NCBI RefSeq assembly: GCF_016432865.1
Contig: NC_067399.1
Span: 665,756,001 to 665,820,000, forward strand
DNA length: 64,000 bases
Direction: 5' to 3'
Source: Antechinus flavipes
Lineage: Eukaryota
Below, piece by piece: positions 24,750 to 37,480 of this stretch. Position 1 is the first letter of the stretch; each line of letters starts with the position of its first letter. A program made the translations under genes and the position numbers. The notes beneath the pieces are model-generated. The model did not search any database and had not been told where the DNA came from. It was given only the letters and a program-made list of their open reading frames with translations.

Positions 24750-25250
24750 TGAGAAATGTTGAGTCGGGGAGTGACCTGGCAAGATGTGCTCTTAGCAGAC
24801 TGCTCTGGCAGCTGTGTGGAGGATGAGGTGGCCAGGGATCATGGGCTCATCGGAGGCAGGAAGGGGGCTAGACGCCGCCTACTCCAACATGCTCGTTTTA
24901 GGGATGCAGAGACTGGATTCTAGAGCAGTACAGGGAGAGGTCCAAGGTCGCACAAGTAGGAAAGAGCAGTGGTTTGTTCTGGGCTGTTTCTCCTTCCCAT
25001 TGAGGAAGACTGAAAGCAAGGAAACTGAACTAAAGGACCATCACAACACTCCAGCTAGAGTCCAGGAGGGCTTGAAGGAGGTTGGCATCTGTGTGAGTGG
25101 AGAGGAAGGATAAATACAAGAGATGTCACAGACAGGGAATCATTAAGACTTAGCAGCTGATGAGATATAGGGGAAGGGTGGAGAAAGACAGGGAAGCAAA
25201 CAGGATGACTCTTCAAGCCTGGAAGACCGCTAAGATTCTCAGGGGAAATG
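24750..25250 (-). mobile_element. L2 fragment
   Basis: cagactgctctggcagctgtgtggaggatg is an antisense L2 signature. Confidence 0.55.
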
Positions 25251-25854
25251 GAGATTTTGTTGTAAAGACTGGTTCAAATGGAGACCACAATAACAGTACA
25301 TCTCTTGTGCACGTACCCACAGGCAAACGCAGCTTCTCCATAAAAACTAATGAGGAAGTTTTACCCTCAAAACTCATTATTTTAAATAATTTAGTATCTC
25401 TGGGGCTTTTGATTATGTATGCAGAGCAATCACTTGCCTGGTTTGTCATTGGCAGGGACAGGAACGAGGCAATTTGGTCTATATAAAATAACCTTCAAGA
25501 CGACTGATAATGCAGAAATGCAAAAGAAGACCTCCTGATTTGAAGGGCTTAATCTCTGTCACCAAATAAAAATTGCACTTTGGATAATTGTGGGGGTACA
25601 TGGGAGAGACTGAAACACGTTCTATGCCAGACTTTGCCTTCAAACACCTACTCTGATCAAGGCACTGTGCTGGGTGCCGAAGCTACAAAAATAAAATAAA
25701 AGCTTCTTCATCTCCAGGGATCTGATGTCCCACCCAATGAAACCTTCATCCCATACGCCATGTAAAAGGAACTCCTGTAAGAGCATCCGTGCCCTCAGAG
25801 ACAGCTCTGTTCAGTCGTTCCAAGCAGGGACATTCATCTTGGCAAACGGAGCCA

Positions 25855-26350
25855 ATTATTGATTCCAGAAGCATTTATTAGGAGCCTATTATGAACCATA
25901 TCTTGGTTCCGGGGAACACAAAAGACAAAGATGATGCTTTTCCTCCTCTCAAAGAGGGGATTTCTACTTTATCAAAAGGAAGCAACTTATATCCAGAAAG
26001 GGAAATCCAAAGGATAGGCAAAGTAAATGCAAAATAACATCATTAATTACCAGGGATGCTAACAGCTGCTGAGGAAGCCACAGAAGGGAGATCAGGACAG
26101 GTTCCCTGTAGGAGGTGACCCCTGAGTCGAGCTTTAAAGGATGAATTATTTTCTAAAAAGCAGAAAGGGAGTGAAGGCGAGAGCCAGCTTGTGTGAACAG
26201 ATAGAGTCCAGGAGAATGTCAGAATGCCATGTTGGATTGGAATATAGACTGTGTGATCCTGGAGGGGATTGTTCAGTGAACTCGGGGAGGTAAATGGAGT
26301 CACATTGAGAAGGACTTTAGATGCCAAAGGAGAGGTTTCTATTTTGGCCC
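25855..26350 (-). mobile_element. L2 3' fragment
   Basis: aagcatttattaggagcctattatg...ggaggtgacccctgagtcgagctttaaaggatga...ggactttagatgccaa. Confidence 0.7.
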
Positions 26351-26859
26351 AGAAGAGGGAGCTGGACCTCTTTGGGCTCAGGACCTATTGAAATTTCCCG
26401 TTAAAGGCCCTCAAGGTCTTGACTGGCTTGTTGGATTGATCAGTCCTGACCCAATCAGAAATTCACAACTTCTAAAGAGATCCCAGGATGTAACCCATCC
26501 TATATACACATTTAAAACCAATTCTGGCCCCTTTCCCTGATTATTGTTTTATACTGTATTACTTTATATATAAATGTTATATACAACTTTATTTATATTA
26601 TTGCTTTAGTTAAGGTGGAAATGTCCCTTAAGCTAAGATTTACTTCCTTAAGCATGTTCTCTCTTTTAGAGTCGTGCTTGGAGATTTCCCAGCTATTTCC
26701 AAGGCAAGCTGCCTGCAGTGTGTCCATCCCCCACTTTCCAGAATTCAGACTCAGCTCCAGGGCCGGGAGATGAGCTTTTATCTCACCTAGCCCAAAGCTG
26801 GGCCATTTTCTAGGCTGCTAAACCATGATTCTCCCTCTCTACCCTCCTCCCTCCACTAT

Positions 26860-26985
26860 TTATGAAGCTCCTGTATTTTATGTGTTGCCTTCCCCAGTTA
26901 GAAAGGTAAGCCTCTTGAGGGCAGAAATTGTTTTGCTTTTATTATCATAATTTAACACACTTTATTAACAAATGCTTTTTCTTTC
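26860..26985 (+). mobile_element. L2 3' tail, followed by a simple repeat and N-run 26992-27139
   Basis: gtaagcctcttgagggcagaaattgtttt...ttattaacaaatgcttt. Confidence 0.65.
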
Positions 26986-27139
26986 CTCCCTNNNNNNNNN
27001 NNNNNNNNNNNNNNNNNNNNNNNNNNNNNNNNNNNNNNNNNNNNNNNNNNNNNNNNNNNNNNNNNNNNNNNNNNNNNNNNNNNNNNNNNNNNNNNNNNNN
27101 NNNNNNNNNNNNNNNNNNNNNNNNNNNNNNNNNNNNNNN

Positions 27140-27330
27140 GGAGTCAGAAAGACTAAGGGATTAAAATCAATTTCAGACACTACTTGCTGTGTGAGCCCAG
27201 GCAAATCACATAACCTCTCTGAGATTGTTTTCTCATTCATAAAATGGGCTAATAGTGTCTGTTGTACCTACCTCATAAGGGTATTTGGGGGATAAAATGA
27301 AGACTAGGTATGACAAGTGCTTTGGATTAA
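27140..27330 (+). mobile_element. MIR CORE-SINE
   Basis: gagtcagaaagact...gctgtgtgagcccaggcaaatcacataacctctctgag...gtacctacctcataaggg. Confidence 0.75.
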
Positions 27331-29321
27331 AATATGGGGTAAAAATCTGATATTATGGTCCACAAGAACCTAAAGGGATCCCTCTGATCTGAGCTATGCT
27401 TAATCAGAATCCTCTGAGGGGTCAATACTATTTGATCACTTATGAGATCCAATGTTTGATGATCTGACATAGAAAACAACACACATGTGCACATATAATA
27501 CATACATGTATATTTGTGTGTGTGTGTGTGTGTATACATATATATTTTATATATTCCCCTCCCTAAGTAATTTATTCCCACTTCTCATCTTTGGGCTGGT
27601 TGCCACATTCTTTTAAGAATGAGATAAAGGATTCCATTTGATTTAAACATTTGGGGAAATTTTTATTTAACTCAAGCTTTGCTTCCTGAAGAATTTGAAT
27701 CAAATTACTTTATGGCAGGGACCAAAATAATATGAACCGCTAGAATGTTTCTATATTCAGAAATCCTCCATTGAATCAGTTTGGAAATATGAATTTATTC
27801 TGCTGTATTAAATCTTAGGGATAAATGAAGGTGACAGAAGATAACCTTCAGCTGTTTCCCAACGACAGCTTCCGTGATCTCAGGGTCATCCAGGCTGACC
27901 AGTTCCAGGATCGCAAATCTTCAGTGCCCTGTGACCTCTGACATGGGGACACTTAATAGGAGAGGTCCCAGAGGTCAGAATGGTCAACAACCTTGTGATG
28001 AAGAATCCCCACGGATCAACCCTCTGCTGTAGTCTGAGTCTAAGATCTCCATGGTTCACAGCCCCGCCCAATGTACAAGGCTTTCCTCCGAGACACACAT
28101 AATAATGGGAATACGAAACTAAAACTGGAGGGAATCGGCCGGGGAGACTTTGGAAGGTCATTTAGGATGAATAAACCCCTGTGGGCTAGAGTTAGTTACT
28201 GAGCTTTCCAAAGTCACCTCTCAATGAATGTCTACTGAATTTCAACTCTATCCATGTCCAGCCCTAGAGCAAGCTCTCTGCTGCTAGCTAATCTGGGTCA
28301 ATGTGACTCTACCCTTGGCTCTCTTCCTTCCTACAACATAATCCAAGCACTAAATCAACAAGTCAAGGCAACAAGCATTTATTACCGGCGTCAACCTCTG
28401 GGCTCTCTCCCATTAGATGTCTCCATGTCAGAAGTAGCATCTTAAATGATAGCAATGCAAAGAGAGGTAAAAAGACTTATCTTTCAATGGCCAAGCATTT
28501 AGGCTTTCCTGATGTAATGTCACCCCATTCCCATTTTCACTGTTCCCTCCCCCAATTTGCTCTCCTTCTTAGAAGTCAGGATTCCCAAGCAGGACGGCTG
28601 CTATCTCAAATGTTAGGGATACTGGTGGGTTACTATCCTCCTAACACCATCCTCTGATCTTTCTCCCGATACTTCTCGTTAATATTCAATCATTAGAATC
28701 AACTAACTCTTACCAAATGCATTTATTTATCCAAATGGCACGGCTAGAACAAGTTACAAAACATTCACCTCCAGTCCCATTTTCCCACTAGTGTCTGTGT
28801 GGGAGCCACGTGACCATACACGCAGGGAACACAAGTAGTTGGGGCAGCTCATAGCTCATTGGGCAGGAGCCCAGTGTCCCGTCTCTCTGGGAACATAGAC
28901 TCTCAATATCTTCTCTTTGATTCAACTATCCACCCAAAGTTCAGATCTGGGCTAGAGGGGTCACTATGCTGCTAGAACGATGGCTTGGACTGCTATCTCA
29001 TCTGGACCAGTCTCCCCCCAGGCTTTTTCCTCCTAGTTGGGTTTCTTCATGGCAACTATTATCTCTACCCCATTAATTGAAGCCCCGAGCTGGGATAAGG
29101 TTATATTTTTTGAGAAAGGGAAGAAGCCCCCAACAGTTCTGCTCTCTTAGCTTATCTTTCTCCTTTTTATTCCATATTTCATTATTGGTTTTTGTTTTCT
29201 TGATTTCCCAGACAGCCAATAGCAGTAGAAAAAGGCAGAACCATTCCTTTTCTAATCTTTGACCATCCTTCCCTGCCTCAGAGCTAGATTTCTCTCCTCA
29301 GAGACCTCAACAATCATCATA

Positions 29322-29325
29322 CACA

Positions 29326-29375
<50 letters not shown>
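29322..29375. repeat. (CA)n microsatellite
   Basis: About 25 CA units. Confidence 0.95.
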
Positions 29376-29376
<1 letters not shown>

Positions 29377-31459
29377 CCATCTCTTCAAACTTTAGCCATT
29401 TCACCAATAATTACTAAAAGTTCTGGGGTTGCTCAGGTTTTTTAATTAAAAAATTAGGACTAATTTTTTTTTTAACCTAAATGTCTCCTGTTGACCTTAT
29501 GGAAGTAAACAAACAAGAAAGAAGGTGTTTTGATGTTCTATGTCCTGAGGGCAAATCAGCCATGTGAAGCTGCATCTGTCCCTGTCCCCTAGGACCTACA
29601 AGTTTGTTAACATCTCAGTGGACACACCCTTATGCTGACCTTAATAAGGTAAAAGCCAATGCCTTTCTCAAGGCTGTTGGCAGCAACTACTACCCTTCTG
29701 CCCCAAGTTCAACAGCTCTGCCTCCCTGGTTGGGTTAATAACATAGAAACACGCTCTTCTTTGTGTGGAGGAACAAAATAAAAAGGAAAAGATAAGAACA
29801 TGATACAGAGGGGGAAGTGTTACATCTGAAGTCTGGGGATCTTGCTTCAAATTCTGCCATTTTGTTCCCTGTGTGACTCAGTAAATTTTTTGACTTTCTA
29901 AGCCTGTTTTCTTCTCTGTAAAATGAGGGGTTTGGGTAAATGGCTTCAACTCTAGCTCTTGATCAAATAACTAGATAGCCTCAGAAGCAGAGTCACATTC
30001 CCATCATTCCCCTAGGAACATGTGGCCAAGCTTGTTTTTCCCACAGAAAATATCTCTCACACAGAGGTGACTCTCAGTTAATGGCCACTTATCAGCGTCC
30101 CCAGTCTTGCCTTCCTTCCTCCTCCTTCGGCCTCCCCATCCCAAAATGTATCAGAAGCACAAAGGTTGGAAGTTATACCACTGAAAGTCAGGCTTTGGAC
30201 ATCTACTTGCTTCGGAGATTTCCAATACCCTGAAAATTTCATCATTCTTTTTTTAAATAATAACTTTTTATTGACAGAACGAAAATTTCATAATTCAACA
30301 GTGTTCTGTCAGGGAAGAGATCTGGATTCCAAGAGTCTCAGTATCCCAAAATCCTGACTCTGATCCTTTCCTCCCTGTTTGACTACGAACAGGTCATTTA
30401 ACCTTCTCCAGGCCTCAGTTTCTTAGTCTTTAAAATGAGAGAGTTGCAATAAATGATTTCTCCAAACTCCAAATCCTAGGATTCTTCTGTATAATTGAGG
30501 AGGTGGCTGCTCCTAAATAAATGAGGGTAACTAATTACAGGGCACTGAGGATGGGGAACGAGGATCTAGATGCCTTCTGAGTATTGTGTCTCTATGGAAA
30601 AAACAAAGGGGGCAGTGGGTAAAGAACAGGCTCCTGTCTGCCAATGGACTCCTTTCTGGTTGAGTGATTGCCAGCAAATTAATCATCTCTCTGATAGTCT
30701 CCACCGTAAAATGAAAACCATGGTACCTGAAGTATCCACCTCAAAGAACTCATTATCTTAATTAAGATAATGGGTGCACAGCACTTTATAATTACTAATT
30801 AGTGTGACCTTGTCCTCCTTTTAGAATGAAATGAAGAGGGGAGGGCTTGGCAGAATATGTGCTGTTATCTGATTAAAGAAACGCGCTAGATCTTATGAAT
30901 AAAGAATAAATATATGTTTTAACAACAACTTTGGACAAAAATCACAGGATTTAGAATTAGGAAGGAGTCCACTCCTTTTAGTGATCACTCAGAACTGCTC
31001 CGGATTACGTGGGAAATCAGAAGATGGAATTTGAACCAGAGCTCTTTCCTTGAGACTACAGAGCCTCCCGGGTTTTTTAAGTGTCTGATTGACTCAAAAA
31101 GAGATTTTAAAAAAGCATTAAAAACCCCAACAGTCACTTTGATAATAAAAACTGTGATGTAGTATAGACCACATCCAATTGGTTTTGGTATTTAAGGAAA
31201 AGACAGTCAAACTAACTGTTTTACTATTTTTAATCCCATCAAAATGACTGTGTAGGAGGCAGTGTAATATAAACTCTGAACCAGGATTACACAGTTCCGT
31301 GCTTACATGGACTGTATCTGATTTTAGGAGCTTTTCTTTGGCTAGCACCCTTCCCCAGAGGGATCTCTCCTGCTCACAAACATCAGGATTTGGCTTATTC
31401 TTGGGTTTTCACTACAGAAAGAGAATGGGCTCACAAAATATAAAATAGAATAGTATTTG

Positions 31460-32040
31460 TTTCTTTTTTAATAATTATTTTGATTTTCAAAATCCATGCA
31501 AAAATAGTTTTCAACATTCACTACTGTAAAACCTTGTGTTCCAAATTTATCTCCCTTCCTTTCTCTCACCCCCCCCCCAAATAGCTAGTAATCCAATATA
31601 GGTTAGAAATGTACAATCCTACAAATATTTCCACATTTATCATATTGCACAAGAAAAATTAGATCAAAAAGGAAAAACAAGAAAGAAAAAACAAGCAAGC
31701 AACAACAAAAAGATGAAAATACTATGTTATTATCCACATTCAGTCTCCAAGGTCCTCTTTCTAGATGTATGTGGCTCTCTCCATCACAAGTCTATTGGAG
31801 TTGGCTTGAATCACCTCATTGTTGAAAAGAGCCACATCCACACAGTTGATCATCAGATAATTTTCTTGTTGCTGTGTACAATGTTCTCTTGGTTCTACTC
31901 ATTTCATTTAGCATCAGTTCATGTAACTCTCTCCAGGCTTCTCTAAAATCATCCTGTTGATCGTGTCTTAATATTCTAATAATATTCCATTACATTCATA
32001 CGCCCAATTGATGGATACCCTCCACCTTCCAGTTCCCTAT
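31460..32040 (-). mobile_element. L1 3'UTR fragment
   Basis: Antisense marsupial L1 3' end (tagttttcaacattcac...ttccaaattt...gcatcagttcatgtaactctctccagg). Confidence 0.9.
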
Positions 32041-32219
32041 GGCTTTTATTTCAATCAACAAAGCATTCAAATTACTCATACAGAACCTAGAGACAACCAG
32101 AGCAACTCTCCTATTCTTTGTAGTAAACTCTATCTCCCCCAAGAAACAACATAATCCTCCAGACTTACAGATACACTAAGAGAGATATATAATATCTAAA
32201 ATGAAGGTAACTATAGTCA

Positions 32220-32560
32220 ATCTGTTAATCAGTAAATGCTATATATTATGTGTCAGAAGTTACTTTAGTTATAGGTAATATTGACATAAAATTGAGATAG
32301 TCCCTGACCCCAAGGAGTTTTCATTTTACTGGAACAGGGAGGACAATGTGTTCCCATCTAATTAAACACAAGATACCTACAAAATAAATAAGTGATTTGG
32401 GGAGGATTAATAAGGAAGGTCTTTTCAAGGAAATGACACAAGCTGAATCTTAAAGGGAGCTAAGTATTTCAAGAGATAGAGGAAAGGAGAAAGAAAATTC
32501 CAGGAGTGAGGGGAAAGCCAGATGGATGGCCTGGAAACAGCAAGTTGGCCAATCGGGCTG
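32220..32560 (-). mobile_element. L2 fragment
   Basis: aatcagtaaatgctatatattatgtg...tagtccctgaccccaaggagttt...gctgaatcttaaagg. Confidence 0.6.
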
Positions 32561-32619
32561 AAGCATAGAAATCCTCTACCCCTACCCTTTGCCATGGGCT
32601 CACTGCATCTGGAACTTCA

Positions 32620-32795
32620 TGTTTCACCACTTAGGAATGGGCTGCCTCGGAGGGAGAGTATTGACCATCACTGGAAGTCTCAGGGAAGACGATGAATAAA
32701 TACTAATTGGAGATGTTATATGGAAGATTTCTGCTAAGTAGGAGTTGACCTAAATGGACCCTAATTTCCTTTCCAGCTCTGGGATTCTGTGAATC
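32620..32795 (+). mobile_element. L3/CR1 3' end
   Basis: gaatgggctgcctcggagg...ccatcactggaagtctc...cctttccagctctgggattctgtgaatctgtga. Confidence 0.65.
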
Positions 32796-33279
32796 TGTGA
32801 AATACTTCGAAAAGGGGGATATTCATGTCCCCTAGAGTAATAGGCTATAAATCTCTACAAACCAGCTAGAGTTTGGACAAGTGATTGCCTTTCATGCTTG
32901 CCTTTGGCTCCCCAGTATACAGGAGGTTACTTCAGTTTCCAACTGTGACCAATAAGCATCCCCTCACCATAGCCCTCTGGACTCTGTGCCTACATCTTTC
33001 CGCCAACGAGTGGGAATTATACCTACTTTCTTTTCATGTCTGACTTGGCTTCCTTTTGCCCCTGTAAGAACCTCCACATCCCCACAAAACATTTTTATTT
33101 GAGTTCTACAGGTTGGTGTCTTGTAAAATGTCTAGTCTTCACTCTGACTGCAGGGGGTGCCAGAGACTTTAGATCCGTGACAACCATAAGCTCCCACATC
33201 CGGGCAACTGGCCATCTTATAGGAGCTGTTTGAGACTGAAAACCAAAAATTCCTGGCAGAGATGATAGTGGAAGATCTC

Positions 33280-34015
33280 TGTCTTGTTGAAACTAGATAT
33301 AGACCAACATCTCATCCCCATATACCAAGACCAGATCGAAATGGATACATGATTTAGACGTAAAAGGTGATGTCATAAATTAGGCAAGTGTGGAATACTT
33401 TGTCAGATCTATGGAGAAAAGAAGAGTTTTTAATCAAACAAGACATCAAGAGGATCATGGAAGTTAAAATGGACAATTCTGATGACATTTAAAAAGTTTT
33501 GCACAAAAATGTTTGTGGCAGCCCTTTTTGTAGTGGCTAGAAACCGGAAATTGAATGGATGCCCATTAGTTGGAGAATGGTTAGGTAAATTGTGATATGT
33601 GAATGTTATGAAAAATTATTGTTCTGTAAGAAATAATCAGCAGGATGATTTTGTAGAAGCTTGGAGAGACTTACATGAACTGATGCTGAGTGAAATAAGC
33701 AGAACCAGGAGATCATTGTACACGGCAACAACAAGACTATACGATGATTAATTCTGATAGACATGACTCTTCAACAATGAGAGGATTCAAACCAGTTCCA
33801 ATTGTTCAGCAATGAAGAGAATCAACTGAGTGTGGACCACAACATAGCATTTTCACTCTTTCTGTTATTGTTTGCTTGAATTTTTGTTTTCCTTCTCCGG
33901 TTTTTTTTTTCTTTCTTTCTAGATCAGATTTTTCTTGTGCAACAAGATAACTGTATAAATATGTTTACATATATTGGATTTAACATATACTTTAACACCC
34001 TTAACATGTATCGGA
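33280..34015 (+). mobile_element. L1 fragments (older ORF2 piece 33280-33505 joined to ORF2-end/3'UTR piece 33506-34015)
   Basis: atagaccaacatctcatcccatatacc...tggatacatgatttag; aaaatgtttgtggcagcccttttt...catgaactgatgctgagtg. Confidence 0.85.
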
Positions 34016-34039
34016 CAACTTCCCAATTGCTTCAAGGTT

Positions 34040-34260
34040 GTAAAGAGATCAAGATAAATTTAATACTAGGAAAAATTTTCCTACCAAGAAGAGTTGTCCA
34101 AAAGTGGATGGACACGTTGGGAATGATGAGCTTCCCCTCCTTGGACATATTTAGACAATGGCTAGAAAATTCATTTGTCAGGTTTGTAGTCATAGAGATT
34201 TCTATACATCATGGGTTGGGCTACTGAGATCTCTTCCAACTCAAATTTTGTGAGTCAGAT
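34040..34260 (+). mobile_element. L3/CR1 3' end
   Basis: aggaaaaattttcctacc...gagcttcccctccttggacatatttagacaatggctag...gagatctcttccaactc. Confidence 0.65.
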
Positions 34261-34766
34261 TCTGTATTCTGCTGATATTGTGAGAGGTAAAAGCCTATGA
34301 GAGTCTCATATCCATGGGAGTAGAGACAAGCGTCTGAACATGAGCTTCAATGTGAACCAAAGGAAACAGTTCTCATAAGATAATTGGATTTCACCTTACA
34401 GATTGCAGGTATGTTTGTGTTCTTGCAGGTGCCATGTAACACCCATCTGTACACAAAATGTAAGTTTCTTTCTATCCTCCTAGAGGGGGGAGTGAAAAGT
34501 CTAAACAAAGGTATTTTTGTCCTGAAAATGTTGATTGTGGGCAAGTCCCAAGGAGATGGGAGGAGGAAGAACCTTATAAAGATGTTGGAGAAGTTCCTAT
34601 AGATGTTGTTGGTGAACACAAGTAATATTTTCAGCATTTCTGTGTGGGATCCATAAAAGAAAGGAAGATTTGGAAAGTGAATTATTGGTTACGAAAATAA
34701 TATCCAAGAATGGGATTTGTCAGGTTTGTAGTCATAGAGATTTGTAGCCATCATGGGTTGGGCTAC

Positions 34767-35393
34767 TGAGATCTTAACTTATAACTTAAATTTTAAATTT
34801 TATATCATAACTTAAACCTTAACAACAAAATATCTTTGGATAAGCATGGAATTAACAAGGACAAGCTATTGCAGGTCGAACCTAAAGTAGATTCAAGGTT
34901 TAAAAATTCAATGAGTACTGGTTGAACCTACTCAACGATAGGTTAAAAGGATAAATGAGAAATTATACAAAGGCAAAATAATAATAATTGTCTACAGAAT
35001 CAGCCTGGTCAGAAGGGCGTCAAAGGACAAGAGGAAGCTTCTAATCTTAACTCTCCTTGAGTTTGATCTTTTATACCTCAATCAGCAAGGGCACAAAAGG
35101 ACTTCTGTATACATTTAAAGCATGAGCTCAATTTACATAAAACAGGTGTTGTCCCTACCATATACATATAAACACATTTTTGTGAGTCTTGTAAACAGAA
35201 TAAAAAGGACCTTTGACTGCCAAGGGAAAACGAAGAGAAAATCTCACATAGATCTTATCAACCTAATAGAATAGATGCTATAACAGAAATTTAGCAAGAG
35301 TAAAGACCATTAATTAATGAGAAATTGTATCAAGTGAGAAGTCCAACTATAAAATCCTTGGTCACTAATGTCTCTATATAAGTTAAATATACA
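34767..35393 (-). mobile_element. Possible solo LTR
   Basis: TG...CA termini can be drawn; minus-strand GCTGATTGAG followed by TATAAAAG at about 35068-35085; no TSD found. Confidence 0.4.
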
Positions 35394-36811
35394 GGGTGTA
35401 GTTTATGAGGTTCCTTCTAGCTTTTATTTTGATGGACCTCAGTGGGATCACCACACTCTGATTCTAAGCAACAACCAGGAACCAGTTGCTAAAGAAAAAG
35501 AATAAGGAAGAGTACGAGAATGGGACCATTCCATCCTAGAGTTCCTAGTCAATAAGCGGAGCAAATCTGGACGTCTTTTGGCAAGACCCTTGCCTGAGCA
35601 AGCATATACAGGCTCAGTCATTGGCAGAGCTCTCTGATTTGAGTCCCACTGGGGTGCCTGGAGGGTTTCATAACATTAATTGGATTAGATTGGGATAATT
35701 TAGGAGGAAAGGCACAGAATTCTATTGGATTTAACAGGTGTCAAAATGATCTAGATTCAAATCCTGTCACTTACTATCTGAGTATCCTTGAATACTAACA
35801 AAATCTCCCATTTAAATAGAAACTCTATGGTTTACAAAATGCTTCACATATATTTCCTTTACTTGAACCCAAAATAATGTTTTGAATTAATTGCTCTTTT
35901 CACCCCCATTTTATAGATGAGAATATTGGATCTCAAAAGAGATTAAATGCTTGCTTAGAGTCACACAGAGCCAAGTCAAACTGATTCTGAATCCAGCCCT
36001 CTTTCTACCACACTACCCAGCCACCGGGCAAATCCCTTCATCTCTCTGGGACTTCCTCTGTAAAATACAAGGATTGGCTCTTCCGGTTCCATATCTATGA
36101 TCCAATAACCCTTTGTCCACCAGGCCACGCTGGCTCCAGATACTCTGAGTCTTTACAGCCAGTTAAACAGATTTCTGCGTTGTCTTTATTCACTTTACAC
36201 CATGGGGTTAATAGAAGCAGACTAAAGTTGATGAAAGCCTTATTGGCAAATTGCCCTCTATTGCTGAAAGCCTAAAGTGGGACAGGATGCATAAATATTG
36301 GTGTAATCACATTTGCTCCTGCTTTATTGAACACAGATATTCTGCAGCAGAGATGCTGTTTCACTCTTAGAGGCCCTATGGTGTTAGCATCAGAATGATT
36401 GTTTACAATTACCTCTGTTTTCCGCTCTTTGGAGGTGTTCAGAAATTCCCCACTGTTAAATTAATTTAAGTAATACTCCCCACTCAATCTGATTTAAAGT
36501 GCCATGTTCCCTTTCTCTAGAGATAATCTCGGCTCTCCCCATTGTCCTTGAAGGAGGAGGGAACAAAATCCTGGAGGGAGGTTTGGACTCCGAGGTTAGC
36601 TTAAGAGTTCCTTGTCTTCCTGGAGAAGGGGAGCCTGCTGGAGACAATCACAAGCAAGCAAGGGAGCAGCAAGGAAGTCTGGACAGCTTGGACTTGTGTG
36701 CAAAAATAGGTAAAAGGTCAGGAGGACCATCAGTCCAGTGGGGCAGCTCCCAAGAGAAGACATAGTCTGAATTAGCAACCAGGGCTAATTATCACAATAG
36801 AGATCAACTTC

Positions 36812-37480
36812 CTTGAAAGGGACCCCCATGTGCAAAAATGTTTGTGGCAGCCCTTTTTGTAGGGAAAAGCAACTGGAAACTGAGTGGATGCCCATCAATT
36901 GGAGAATGGCTGAATAAATTGTGGTATAGTGATAGAATATAATTGTAAGAAATGATCAGCAGGATGATTTTAGAGAGGCTTGGGGAGAGTTACATGAACT
37001 GATGCTCAGTGAAATGAGCAGAATCAGGAGATCATTATACACGGCAACAACAAAACTATATAATGATCAATTCTGAGGGACGTGGCTCTCCTCAACAATG
37101 AGATGATTCAAACCAGTTTCAATTGTTCTGTGATGAAGAGAACCATCTACACCTAGAGAGAGATGGTGGGAACTGAGTGTGGATTATAATATAGCATGCT
37201 CACTCTTTCTGTCATTGTTTGCTTGAATTTTGTTTTCCTTCTCACTTTTTTCCCCTAGATCCAATTTTTCCTGTGCAGCAAGATAACTTTATAAATATGT
37301 ATACATACATAACACATATTTTAACATATTTAACATGTATGGGATTGCCTGCCATCTAGGGGAGAGGGTGGGGAGGAGGAGAGAAAAATTTGGAACAGAA
37401 AGTTTTGCAAGGGTCAGTGTTGAAAAATTACCCATGCATGTGTTTTGTAAATAAAAAGCATTAATAAAGAAAAAAGGAAA
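36812..37480 (+). mobile_element. 5'-truncated L1 (ORF2 end and 3'UTR)
   Basis: gggacccccatgtgcaaaaatgtttgtggcagcc...gccatctaggggagaggg...aaataaaaagcatt; degenerate TSD agagatcaacttcctt / agaaatcaatctcctt. Confidence 0.92.

Noticed and set aside
27825-27930. Short protein-like frames on both strands (AILELVSLDDPEITEAVVGKQLK on the minus strand)
   Set aside because: No credible acceptor after the upstream stop, a weak donor, and no recognised homolog.
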